Assembly: GCA_965212015.1 (NCBI GenBank)
Contig: OZ243037.1
Coordinates: forward strand, 1,700,221-1,764,220
From: Cenarchaeum sp.
GTDB taxonomy: Archaea; Thermoproteota; Nitrososphaeria; Nitrososphaerales; Nitrosopumilaceae
DNA: 64,000 nucleotides
Direction of reading: 5' to 3'
Shown: piece by piece, positions 38,226 to 48,000 of the stretch
Numbering within the stretch: the stretch's first letter is position 1
How the letters are laid out: each line of letters starts with the position of its first letter
The notes under the pieces: model-generated
Database searches by the model: none
What the model saw: only the letters and a program-made list of their open reading frames with translations
Told to the model about the DNA's origin: nothing
Program-made: the position numbers and the translations under genes

Positions 38226-41200
38226 TTGATGAGTGTGGCGTGCCTTGCATTGCTTGCCGCAGGCCTGCTGCTTGCGGGGATATCCGGCGCGTACGGCCAG
38301 TCGGTATCTGTCAGTTTTGACAAGGATGTGTATCCGGTACCCTTGAATGATCCTTACAACAATGACGGACAAATGATCGTGCCGATAATGATCAATGATC
38401 CCGGCATAAATCAAAGGGATGGCCGTTATGATTATATCAAATCAAACGTCGGGGACAGCACGCACGGGCCACTAAAGGTCTTTGTATCTAGGGGGTCCGA
38501 TACGATAATTCTTGGCACTGCCGGTGCGCCAAGCCAGAGGGGATCTATCCTTACCGTCGGCGCAGTACCAGGTGAGAACCAGTTCGAGTACGGCCCCATA
38601 GGTGAAACCGACGACGGGATATTCCAACACTGGTCTTATGTGCGGCATACTGATGGCCCCCAAAGTAGCATGTGCCCGGTCACACACGAGTACAAGCTTC
38701 CCGGCAGCTCTTCGACGGGTGATTCAAGCGCACGGTTTGCAGATGCCGACGGCGTCACTCCAGAAGGCAACTTTTGCATCCTTGTAGGCGACACTATAAT
38801 CGCAGAGTACACCTATCTTGATGATGCGGGAAACACCGCCATCGTTAGGGATTCCTCGACGTTTGGTTTTAACGACGCCGTGCTGCGGACTGACAAGGAG
38901 ACATACGACATTGGAGACAGCATGGTGCTGACGCTCACGGATCCTGATCTTGATGCAGACACATATCGCAACATCTACAGCATGGATGACGTCACGTGGG
39001 ACACCGGTGCGGTCTCGATTACCATGGGGCGCGAAGGCGGCGCACTAGAAACATTCCGCGTCCTGAAATTTCTAGTTCTTCATGAAACGGGCAGCAGAAC
39101 CGGCGTATTTGAGGCGACTGCCAGGATTCCAAGCGAGTTTGACGGCAATTTGCTGAATCAGGGCGATACGGTCACTTTGAGCTATGTTGACTCGAGCCCG
39201 TCCGGTGCAAGCTATGCCGGGCAGGCCAATAAAACCGTCAGTACGACCATCCTCATATCAGAGTCCAAGCGTGATGTCGTGATAGATTTGGACAAGGAAA
39301 CCTACAACTGGATTGACAGGGTGCGTGTTTCTGCCACCGCGCACGACTTTAACACCGACGGCGGCGTGGTTGAAGAGATTGGGAACGGGGCGCAAAACTC
39401 GATACGAATAGCTACCAGGGCCGATTCTATTGACAACTATAAGCTAGTGGAGACGGGACCAGATACCGGAATATTCGCCGGCGAGGTGGTCCTCACCGGA
39501 TTTCCGTACGATGCAGACGGTGACAGAGAGCCGGACATTGCAAATCCCGCGTCGTCCCCTGACGGCTCCGGACCGACTGACGGACTGTTAAAATCCGAAG
39601 GTAATGACGACGTTACTGTGACATTTACGCATTCTGATAACGAGACTTTTACTGCCTCCTCGCCCATAAGATGGGATCTGGGCTATGTAGAATGGCCTGA
39701 GCCAGAATATGCGGCTACCGAATCTGCAACGATTCGCATAACTGAGCTTGACTTGAATCTGGATCTGGATTCCGCTGACAGCTTTGAGGTGGAAATCCGG
39801 TCTATTGCCGACAGGAGGGGCCTTGATCTTACCGTGACTGAGACTGGCGCGTCTACTGGGATATTTGAAGGGGTGGTGACCTTTACGCTGGATAGCAAAT
39901 CCGACGGCAACAGACTCTTGGTTGTACACGGTGATACCGTGACTGCCACGTACCGGGATCGCACGCTACCTGCACTGTTTGATTCATCCGGAGATCTGAC
40001 GTTTGATCCGGACTTTACTGACTATCTCACCCTTACCGATACGGCAGTTATAAGCAAGGTTGCGTATGCGGAGGAGGAATCCACACCGGTTGTATCCGTT
40101 GAGCTAGACCGCAAGACGTACAGCTGGACTGACAGGGTGCGCATTAGCATTACCTCGCCTGATCACAATCTGGACGGCGATTCCGTCGATGCGATTGGCG
40201 GTCCTGCCCATCCGGTCATGGTTAAAACCGGAATAGGCGAGATTGACACGTACCGTCTAGTTGAGACCGGAAAAGACACCGGCGTCTTTGCAGGCGAGCT
40301 GGTACTTGCCGGATTTGCACACGATGCAGGCGGTAAAGCAAATACGGGCAACAAGGTCGCCTTTCGTGCAGCCGGGGGCAACGGCCCGGACGGGGGATTC
40401 CTGCCGGCAAAAAACCACGATACCATCACCGTATCATTTGAATATGCTACAGGTAGCGTCGAGTCTGATTCGTCGTCAATCAGATGGAACAGGGGACAGC
40501 TCAACTGGCTTGATGCGAATTACACCGTGGAGGGAACAGGCATGCTCCAGATAATTGATCTCGACATGAACCTGGATCCTGATTCGATCGACAGCTTTGG
40601 GGCAGACGTGCAATCCGACTCTGATCCAGGAGGTATCCGCGTGACTGTGACTGAGACAGGCAAGGCGACTGGAATCTTTGAGAGTAACGTGTTTTTTACG
40701 GCCAAAGATGATTCTGCTGACCACAGACTCTATGTCACGGCAGGCGATACGGTCAGCGGGGAATACGACGACAATACGCTGCCCGGTCAGCACACGCCAG
40801 CAGACTCTATGATTATTACCGCAGACGTATCAATAGAAATGTCGGCGGCGGATCCTATATTGACCATTCCTTCGGGGGATTCTGCCACGCCTACAGACAA
40901 GTCCGTGGCTAGTGCAACAAAGCCCACAGATGGCACAAAACCCGCAGACGCAGAGACTGCAGGTGACAAACCCGCAGACGCAGAGACTGCAGGTGACAAA
41001 CCCGTAGACGCAGAGACTACAGGTGACAAACCCGTAGACGCAGAGACTACAGGTGACACAAAACCCAAAGTCAATACAAAACCTGTTGATAATATAGAGC
41101 CTCCAGATAACCCCATGCTTACAGTTAATCCCAAACCCGTAATTGATCCAGATCCGGCGAGCTGTGGATCAGGAACAGAACTAGTAGATGGGGTATGCCA

Positions 41201-41261
41201 AGTTGTTCCGGCACAGAATGGTTTTGATCTGTTCGGATGGCTGTTTTCGTGGTTTCGATGA
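38226..41261 (+). CDS. S-layer-protein-like surface protein, paralogue 1
   Basis: Signal peptide; Ig-type repeats LDK.TY.W.DRV, ETG.DTG.F.G, D.DMNLDP...DSF; acidic; tail CGSGTELVDGVCQ..FGWLFSWFR. Confidence 0.85.
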   Translation: MMSVACLALLAAGLLLAGISGAYGQSVSVSFDKDVYPVPLNDPYNNDGQMIVPIMINDPGINQRDGRYDYIKSNVGDSTHGPLKVFVSRGSDTIILGTAGAPSQRGSILTVGAVPGENQFEYGPIGETDDGIFQHWSYVRHTDGPQSSMCPVTHEYKLPGSSSTGDSSARFADADGVTPEGNFCILVGDTIIAEYTYLDDAGNTAIVRDSSTFGFNDAVLRTDKETYDIGDSMVLTLTDPDLDADTYRNIYSMDDVTWDTGAVSITMGREGGALETFRVLKFLVLHETGSRTGVFEATARIPSEFDGNLLNQGDTVTLSYVDSSPSGASYAGQANKTVSTTILISESKRDVVIDLDKETYNWIDRVRVSATAHDFNTDGGVVEEIGNGAQNSIRIATRADSIDNYKLVETGPDTGIFAGEVVLTGFPYDADGDREPDIANPASSPDGSGPTDGLLKSEGNDDVTVTFTHSDNETFTASSPIRWDLGYVEWPEPEYAATESATIRITELDLNLDLDSADSFEVEIRSIADRRGLDLTVTETGASTGIFEGVVTFTLDSKSDGNRLLVVHGDTVTATYRDRTLPALFDSSGDLTFDPDFTDYLTLTDTAVISKVAYAEEESTPVVSVELDRKTYSWTDRVRISITSPDHNLDGDSVDAIGGPAHPVMVKTGIGEIDTYRLVETGKDTGVFAGELVLAGFAHDAGGKANTGNKVAFRAAGGNGPDGGFLPAKNHDTITVSFEYATGSVESDSSSIRWNRGQLNWLDANYTVEGTGMLQIIDLDMNLDPDSIDSFGADVQSDSDPGGIRVTVTETGKATGIFESNVFFTAKDDSADHRLYVTAGDTVSGEYDDNTLPGQHTPADSMIITADVSIEMSAADPILTIPSGDSATPTDKSVASATKPTDGTKPADAETAGDKPADAETAGDKPVDAETTGDKPVDAETTGDTKPKVNTKPVDNIEPPDNPMLTVNPKPVIDPDPASCGSGTELVDGVCQVVPAQNGFDLFGWLFSWFR
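40938..41057 (+). repeat. 4 x 30-bp in-frame tandem repeat (KP(A/V)DAET(A/T)GD)
   Basis: AAACCCG(C/T)AGACGCAGAGACT(G/A)CAGGTGAC x4. Confidence 0.95.
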
Positions 41262-41273
41262 TTCTAGGGCTTA

Positions 41274-41311
41274 CCGTCCTGAAATCCGGCATGGTGATGT
41301 GCCGTATAATT
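41274..41311 (+). repeat. 38-bp downstream block, identical at 44222..44259; contains a small hairpin (possible terminator)
   Basis: CCGTCCTGAAATCCGGCATGGTGATGTGCCGTATAATT after paralogues 1 and 2. Confidence 0.85.
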
Positions 41312-41374
41312 ATTGAACCAAAAAACACCGTCAGGATTGTGCCGAATCGTGTGACAAGACACGTGCATTGAGGT

Positions 41375-41425
41375 GCAATTTGATCTACAACATTAAATAA
41401 CAGACGGTGAAAATTCACAATATTG
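41375..41425 (+). promoter_or_regulatory. Promoter block duplicated at 44960..45010
   Basis: GCAATTTGATCTACAACATTAAATAACAGACGG(T/C)GAAAATTCACAATATTG, one mismatch; TTAAATA box about 25-30 nt before the TTG start. Confidence 0.8.
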
Positions 41426-44209
41426 GATGGCAGATCGTACATTGCAATAATAGCTGTAGGCCTGATATTTGCCATGGGAGCCACCGATGCGTACGGCCAG
41501 TCGGTATCTGTCAGCCTTGACAGGGACAAGTATACGGTGCCCTCCTCGCCTGACACTACTGACACTGATGTGAAAATACTTGTAACAATCAATGATCTTG
41601 GCATGAATTTAGACAATGACGGCAGTGATAGCATCGAGCTGAATATTGGAAACAGCACAACAGGGCCACTGAAAATCTCCGTATCTAGGGGATCGGATAC
41701 CGTAATTATTGCAACAGCCGGCGGTGCGGGATCCGGGGGCTCGATTCTTACTATAGGTACGGAACCAGGTGAAAACCAGTACGACTATGGTTCAATTGAT
41801 GAAGAAAGTACTGAGGGGATCTTTGAATTTGTCTTGCGCGTACTATACACTGACGGCCCTACAAGCGATCAATGTCCTAGCATAGATAGTTACAAATCTC
41901 CATCTGGCCCTGCGGGCGATTCAAGCAAACGGTTTGCGGATATTAATGGCAATACCCCGGATGGTGATTTTTGCATCCTAAACGGCGATACAATTACGGC
42001 AGAGTATACCTATCTTGATGCAGACGTGCAAAAAACCGTAAGCGATTCGGCGAGATTTACCCTTACTGACGCCGAATTGAAAACCGACAAGGAGGTATAC
42101 GACATTGGAGATGACATTGTACTGGAACTCACGGATTCTGATCATGATCTTGCAGATTATAATGAAGCATTCGGATTGGATAATATGATATGGGATTCCA
42201 GTGCAGCCACGCTTGAATTGCAGGACGGCAACTGGGTTTTTAATGCATTTGGTGCAGAGGGGATCAACTCTTATTTTTATGAAACCGGAGATAGCACCGG
42301 AATATTCGAGGCCACCATCAGGATTCCAAGTGAACTTAACGGCACTGCCCTGAGTCCGGGGGAGCTAGTTACCATAACACATACTGATTTGAACCCATCT
42401 AGCGCAAATTATGTCGGGGAATCCAACAAAACGTCTAGCGTAACTATCAGAATATCTGATACTGCGGTGGATTCCGGCGACAGCACTGTCACAAACGCCA
42501 CCGGTACTATCACACCGGATCCTCCCGTCACAAACGCCACCGGTACTATCACACCGGATCCTCCCGTCACAAACGCCACCGGTACTATCACACCGGATCC
42601 CCCTGTCACTCGGACAGTCGATAGCTCCAATTGGGTCAACGGCAAGGTGGAATGGACTGAATCAAGATACAATGCAGAGACAGAGACTGCCACATTACAG
42701 GTGACTGATTCTGACCAGAACACCAATACAAACTCACCTGACAGCTTTGGCGTCAATGTGCGGTCTGACACGGATTCTGCCGGCATTGCCATTACGGTAA
42801 CAGAGACCGGAGATGCGACCGGCATATTCAAAGGCGACGTGTCTTTTACACTCACCGACAGATCCACTGACGGCACGCTTTTGGTCTCATCAGGGGACAC
42901 CATAACCGGCGAATACGTGGATCACACGCCGGAAGCACCAGATACTGCAAAAGACAGACCCAGCGTTACTAAGACGGCTGCCATAAACGTGATCAACGTC
43001 GAGGAACCCGATCCAAACATATCGATAAAACTAGACAAAGAGACATACACGTGGACTGACAGGGTGCGCGTCCAAATCACGTCATCTGAGCACAATACCG
43101 ACGAGCGTAGTCGAGACGAGATTGGGGGTACAGAAAATCCGGTCAGAGTGGCCACGCGCGGGGGCCATATTGATCTGTACAAGCTAAAAGAGACTGACCT
43201 TAATACCGGCGTGTTCGCCGGCGAGCTCGTACTTGCCGGGTTTAAGCATGATGCAGACGGTAATTCCAGTACGGGCTCCGGCGGCAACGACGTACCTGAC
43301 AGCGATGCCAGGGGTAGCGGCCCGGACAAAGGAGTACTGCCTGCGGACAATGAGGATGCGGTATCTGTAACTTTCGAGTATGCAGAAGGCAAGGTTATCA
43401 CGGCCAACTCTGCGATACAATGGAACGAGGGAACAGTCAGCTGGATTGGTTCGAATTTCACCACGGCAGGCAACGGTACGTTCCAGGTCATTGATCCGGA
43501 CATGAACCTGGATCCTAGCTCCGCTGACAGCTTTGAAGTGCGTGTAAGGCCAGAGTCAAAAAGTTGGACAAACCTGACCGTTACTGAGACAGGCGAGGAG
43601 ACTGGAATTTTTGAGGTACTGGTATTCTTTATGACAGATGACTCGTCTGACAATACGCTTGAGGTGTCGCTAGGCGATAAAGTAACCGGACAATACATGG
43701 ATCACACACTGCCTGAGCCTTATGTCATCACAAAAGGCATAGAAATCAGCGACACGATGGAAATAACGGCGCCAATAGACACAAACTCTACTGATAGCAA
43801 TTCCACCAATACCGACTCTGCTACCACAAACTCTACCGGTACCAACTCTACCAATATTGTAGCAGACAAGGCCGAATCCTCCGCTGAAAAGCCCAAGGAC
43901 GACACAAAACCCAAAACCAAACCAAGCGATGCAAAACCAAAGGACACAAAGCCTTCCGATGACGATAAACCCAAGGACGCAAGGCCTGCCGATGATGCAA
44001 AGCCCAAGGACAAAGAACCTGCGTCAGATTCAAAACTAAAAGCCGATTCCAAACCCACAGTAGATCCAAAGCCAAAGATGGATCCCAAACCAACGGACGG
44101 TCCGGACAAGCCGGGATGCGGGCCCGGAACAGAGCTGGTGGACGGGACGTGCCAGGCTGTCCGGTCACCTGTCAGCTTTGTCGATTGGCTGTTCTCGTGG
44201 TTTCGATGA
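41423..44209 (+). CDS. S-layer-protein-like surface protein, paralogue 2
   Basis: Same Ig-type modules; K/P/D-rich linker; tail CGPGTELVDGTCQ..VDWLFSWFR. Confidence 0.85.
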   Translation: MDGRSYIAIIAVGLIFAMGATDAYGQSVSVSLDRDKYTVPSSPDTTDTDVKILVTINDLGMNLDNDGSDSIELNIGNSTTGPLKISVSRGSDTVIIATAGGAGSGGSILTIGTEPGENQYDYGSIDEESTEGIFEFVLRVLYTDGPTSDQCPSIDSYKSPSGPAGDSSKRFADINGNTPDGDFCILNGDTITAEYTYLDADVQKTVSDSARFTLTDAELKTDKEVYDIGDDIVLELTDSDHDLADYNEAFGLDNMIWDSSAATLELQDGNWVFNAFGAEGINSYFYETGDSTGIFEATIRIPSELNGTALSPGELVTITHTDLNPSSANYVGESNKTSSVTIRISDTAVDSGDSTVTNATGTITPDPPVTNATGTITPDPPVTNATGTITPDPPVTRTVDSSNWVNGKVEWTESRYNAETETATLQVTDSDQNTNTNSPDSFGVNVRSDTDSAGIAITVTETGDATGIFKGDVSFTLTDRSTDGTLLVSSGDTITGEYVDHTPEAPDTAKDRPSVTKTAAINVINVEEPDPNISIKLDKETYTWTDRVRVQITSSEHNTDERSRDEIGGTENPVRVATRGGHIDLYKLKETDLNTGVFAGELVLAGFKHDADGNSSTGSGGNDVPDSDARGSGPDKGVLPADNEDAVSVTFEYAEGKVITANSAIQWNEGTVSWIGSNFTTAGNGTFQVIDPDMNLDPSSADSFEVRVRPESKSWTNLTVTETGEETGIFEVLVFFMTDDSSDNTLEVSLGDKVTGQYMDHTLPEPYVITKGIEISDTMEITAPIDTNSTDSNSTNTDSATTNSTGTNSTNIVADKAESSAEKPKDDTKPKTKPSDAKPKDTKPSDDDKPKDARPADDAKPKDKEPASDSKLKADSKPTVDPKPKMDPKPTDGPDKPGCGPGTELVDGTCQAVRSPVSFVDWLFSWFR
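42488..42604 (+). repeat. 3 x 39-bp in-frame tandem repeat (VTNATGTITPDPP)
   Basis: GTCACAAACGCCACCGGTACTATCACACCGGATCC(T/C)CC(C/T) x3. Confidence 0.95.
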
Positions 44210-44288
44210 TTCTATATCCTGCCGTCCTGAAATCCGGCATGGTGATGTGCCGTATAATTGCTGAATTATAAAAAATACCAGTGTTATC

Positions 44289-44504
44289 TCAAAGTAATTC
44301 AAGAAATTCTTTTCTAGTCATCTGACAATCTGCAATTATTTGTAACAGTAATCCTTTACCTATTTCTTTTTTTCTAGGTATTGTGGTCCAGACTCCTTTG
44401 CCATTATCTACAATGATGTGACTTCCAGTCTGTCTTGTGGGGCAAAATTCTTTTTTGTGTAATGCTTTGAGTATCTCCAAATATCCGATAACGGGAAGGT
44501 TCAA
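44289..44504 (-). CDS. hicA: HicA-family mRNA interferase toxin
   Basis: RQTGSH, TTIP, IGKGLLLQII, MTRKEFLELL. Confidence 0.88.
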   Translation of the reverse strand: MNLPVIGYLEILKALHKKEFCPTRQTGSHIIVDNGKGVWTTIPRKKEIGKGLLLQIIADCQMTRKEFLELL

Positions 44505-44710
44505 ATCGTCACTGTGGTTAATTCTGAAGCAAGATCTTTCTTTTTGTCATTGAGGTAGGATTTGCACAGTTTGATTGCATTTTTTGTATCCATAATTGCC
44601 TCTTGCTTCGTGTTTCCCTGGCCTCTGGCCTGGGGTATTTCTAGACAGTAACCTACATGGAATTTGCCATCTTTTTTGACAAGAATGCTATAGTTTTCCC
44701 TTTTGTCCAT
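44501..44710 (-). CDS. hicB: Short HicB-family antitoxin (no DNA-binding domain)
   Basis: YCLEIPQARGQGNTKQEAIMDTKNAI; 4-bp overlap with hicA. Confidence 0.88.
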   Translation of the reverse strand: MDKRENYSILVKKDGKFHVGYCLEIPQARGQGNTKQEAIMDTKNAIKLCKSYLNDKKKDLASELTTVTI

Positions 44711-44760
44711 GCATTTTATGCTGGATTTTGATTATATAAAACAGATCTATAACTTGTACG

Positions 44761-44841
44761 GTACAAGGTCACATATACTGCCTAAAAGATACCCATTGAT
44801 GCGAAATTCACGCCTAGTTGCAGTAGGACGTGACCTCATAC
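44761..44841. mobile_element. 81-bp MITE, copy 1, with 8-bp TSD CTTGTACG
   Basis: Imperfect TIRs GTACAAGGTCAC / GTGACCTCATAC; CTTGTACG at 44753-44760 and 44842-44849; homologous to 52422..52501. Confidence 0.85.
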
Positions 44842-45007
44842 CTTGTACGTGTATGATCGTGTCTAGGCAGTCACTGGCTCATATGTCAAATCGATTTTGT
44901 GGCGTATGGATTGGGTAATCACACCTAGCTGATTTAGGTGGTTATGTGACCCTGTACGGGCAATTTGATCTACAACATTAAATAACAGACGGCGAAAATT
45001 CACAATA

Positions 45008-48000
45008 TTGAATGGCGGATCATACCTGACAATTGTGGTTGTGGGCCTGATACTGGCTCTGGGGACTATTGATGCGCACGGCCAGCAAGTCTCTGTCAGC
45101 CTTGACAGGGATGTGTATCCGGTACCCTTTTTGAATAGTGAGTTCATCCCAGATGGCACACTAACCATGTATGTTACGATTAACGATCCAAACTCTGTAT
45201 CGACAAACAGCGGGGACAAGATTGCACGATATCTTGCAGACAGCACGCAGGGGCCGCTAAAAATCTCAGTGTCCAGGGAATCGGACACTGTAATTATTGC
45301 AACAGCCGGAGGTGAGGCACCCGGCGGCTCTATTCTCACTGTTGGGACAGAACCTGCCGGCGACCAGTACGAGCTTGGTCCCATATCAGAATCCAATCCC
45401 GGAGAGTTTGAACTGTCCCTGCCTGTCCTGTACACTGACGGTCCTGCAGACGGCCGGTGCCCCACTGCGGATAATTCAGGCACACGATTTGCAGACGCCG
45501 ACGGCAATGCCCAGGACGGCAACTTTTGCATCCTAAAGGGCGACACCATTACAGTAGAGTATACCTATTCTGATGACGCAGGCATGCAACAAACCGCCAG
45601 TGATTCGGCAACATTTAATCTCAGGGACGCCGAACTGAGAATCGATGCAAACACCTACGTTATAGGACACGACATGCCGTTGTACATTGATGATCCGGAT
45701 CTTGATCTTGACAGCAAAAAACAAGACACATACGATCTGGATCTGATCACATGGGCTTCTGAGGCCGGCACACTTACCATGGGCAATGCAGGTGGCCAGG
45801 AGCATGAATTTAGGCCTGTGCCTGACTACTTTGAGGAGACCGGCAGCAATACCGGAACCTTTAGGATCATTCTAGGGGTTCCCAAGGATTTGGCTGGTGT
45901 TAAATTGGATCGGGGGGAGCATATTGTCATGAGCCATACTGATACGGGCCCGTCTGACGCAGCTTTTGTGGGGGAGACTAGCAGCGTGACCACCGTAGAC
46001 TTGTTTACATCCAATTTTGGTGCCAAAATAGAGCTTGATAAACCGACCTACACGTGGACCGACAGGGTATACATTACCATTAATGCGCAGGACTATAACT
46101 TTAATCCGGATCGGCCAGATGAAATCGGAGATCACGACGCGCAGGTAACCATCTCTACAAGTAAGGGTACGCTTGAACGCTACAGTCTTGTTGAGACCGG
46201 GGCCGATACGGGACATTTTGCAGGAGAGGTAACCCTTACCGGATTCACGTATGATGTCGATGGCCATTCGGTACTTGACAATCAAATTGATCGCGCATAC
46301 GGTATGGGACCGGACGGAGGGCTCCTGCCTGCCATGCCAGAAGACGGCATTACGATAGCCGTCGCCGTCACGCAGGATGAAACGCTAGTAAAAACATGGA
46401 ATATCCGGTGGAATGTGGGAACAGTGGAAATATTTCTTGACGGGCCACCAGAGATTCCCAGGACAGGCACACTGCGCGTGACTGATCCCGACATGAACCT
46501 GGATCCCACGATGGAAGAAGAATTGGAAATCACCTTTCATTCGGACAGCGATACTGATGGGGACGACGTTTTGCTGACTGAGATCAGCCCAGCAGCAGGA
46601 ATATTTGAGGCCACAGTGAACTTCGTATCTGACTCTACAGGCAGGAATAATCTTCTGGTTGCAGCAAACGACACCGTTTATGCCACATATGTTGACTATA
46701 CGCTGCCGGATTCTTATGGGACCTCCCGTGACATTAACGGCACGGCAAACATGGCCGATGCCGGCAGTGTTGCGACGCCCATTCCTGACGAGACGCCCGA
46801 GACGGTGCCTGACGAGACGCCTGGTACAACCGATGACACACCTGACACAAATTCGACCAGTACAAACACGCAGGATCCCCCTGAAACCCGGACAGTCGAT
46901 AGATCCAATTGGGACATTGGCAAGGTGAAATGGACTGAATCAGGATACAACGCAGAAACAGAGACTGCCATATTCCAGGTGACCGATCCTGACCAGAACA
47001 CCAATCCAAACTCACCTGACAGCTTTGGCGTCAATGTGCGGTCTGACACGGATTCTGCCGGCATTGCCATTATGGTAACAGAGACCGGAGTTGCGACCGG
47101 CATATTCAAAGGCGACGTGTCTTTTACACTTACCGGCAGATCCACTGACGGCACGCTTTTGGTCTCATCAGGGGACACCATAACCGGAGAATACGAGGAT
47201 CACACGCCGTCTGCGGTATATATGGTAAAAGACAGACCCAGCGTTACTAAGACGGCTACCATAAACGTGATCGACGTCAAGGAACCCGATCCAAACATAT
47301 CGATAAAATTAGACAAAGAGACATACACGTGGACTGACAGGGTGTACATCAATATCACGTCACCTGATCACAATACCGACGACCGAGGTCGCGACAAGAT
47401 TGGAAATGCTGAAAACCCGATAAGAGTGGCCACGCGCGGGGGCCATATTGATCTGTACGAGCTAGAAGAGACCGAAATTAATACCGGCGTGTTCGTAGGC
47501 GAGCTCGTACTTGCCGGGTTTGCGCATGATGCAGACGGAGATGCAAGTACGGGTGCCGGCGGCAACGACGTAACTGACAGCGAAGCTCGGGGCAGTGGCT
47601 CGAAAGGCGGGATATTGCCTGCAGACAATGAGGATGCAGTATCTGTCTCTTTTGAATATGTAAACGGCAAGGTCATTGCGAACAGCTCCGCAATACAGTG
47701 GAACAAGGGCAATGCAAGCTGGATTGGTTTGAATTTCACCACGGCAGGCAACGGCACATTCCGGGTCATTGATCCAGACATGAATTTGGATCCGAGCTCC
47801 GCTGACAACTTTGACGTACATGTAAGACCCGCGAAAAAAAGTGGGATAGACCTGACCGTTACCGAGACAGGCAAGGCAACTGGAATATTTGAGGGAATAG
47901 TGTTCTTTACGACAGACAGTCCGTCTGATGGTGAGCTTGAGGTGGAGCTAGGCGACATAGTAACCGGAACATACAAGGATCACACACTGCCTTTACCAGA

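Noticed and set aside
44850-44958. Possible second degenerate MITE end (CACACCTAGCTG...GTGACCCTGTAC)
   Set aside because: Resembles the MITE right end, but I found no convincing left TIR or TSD.
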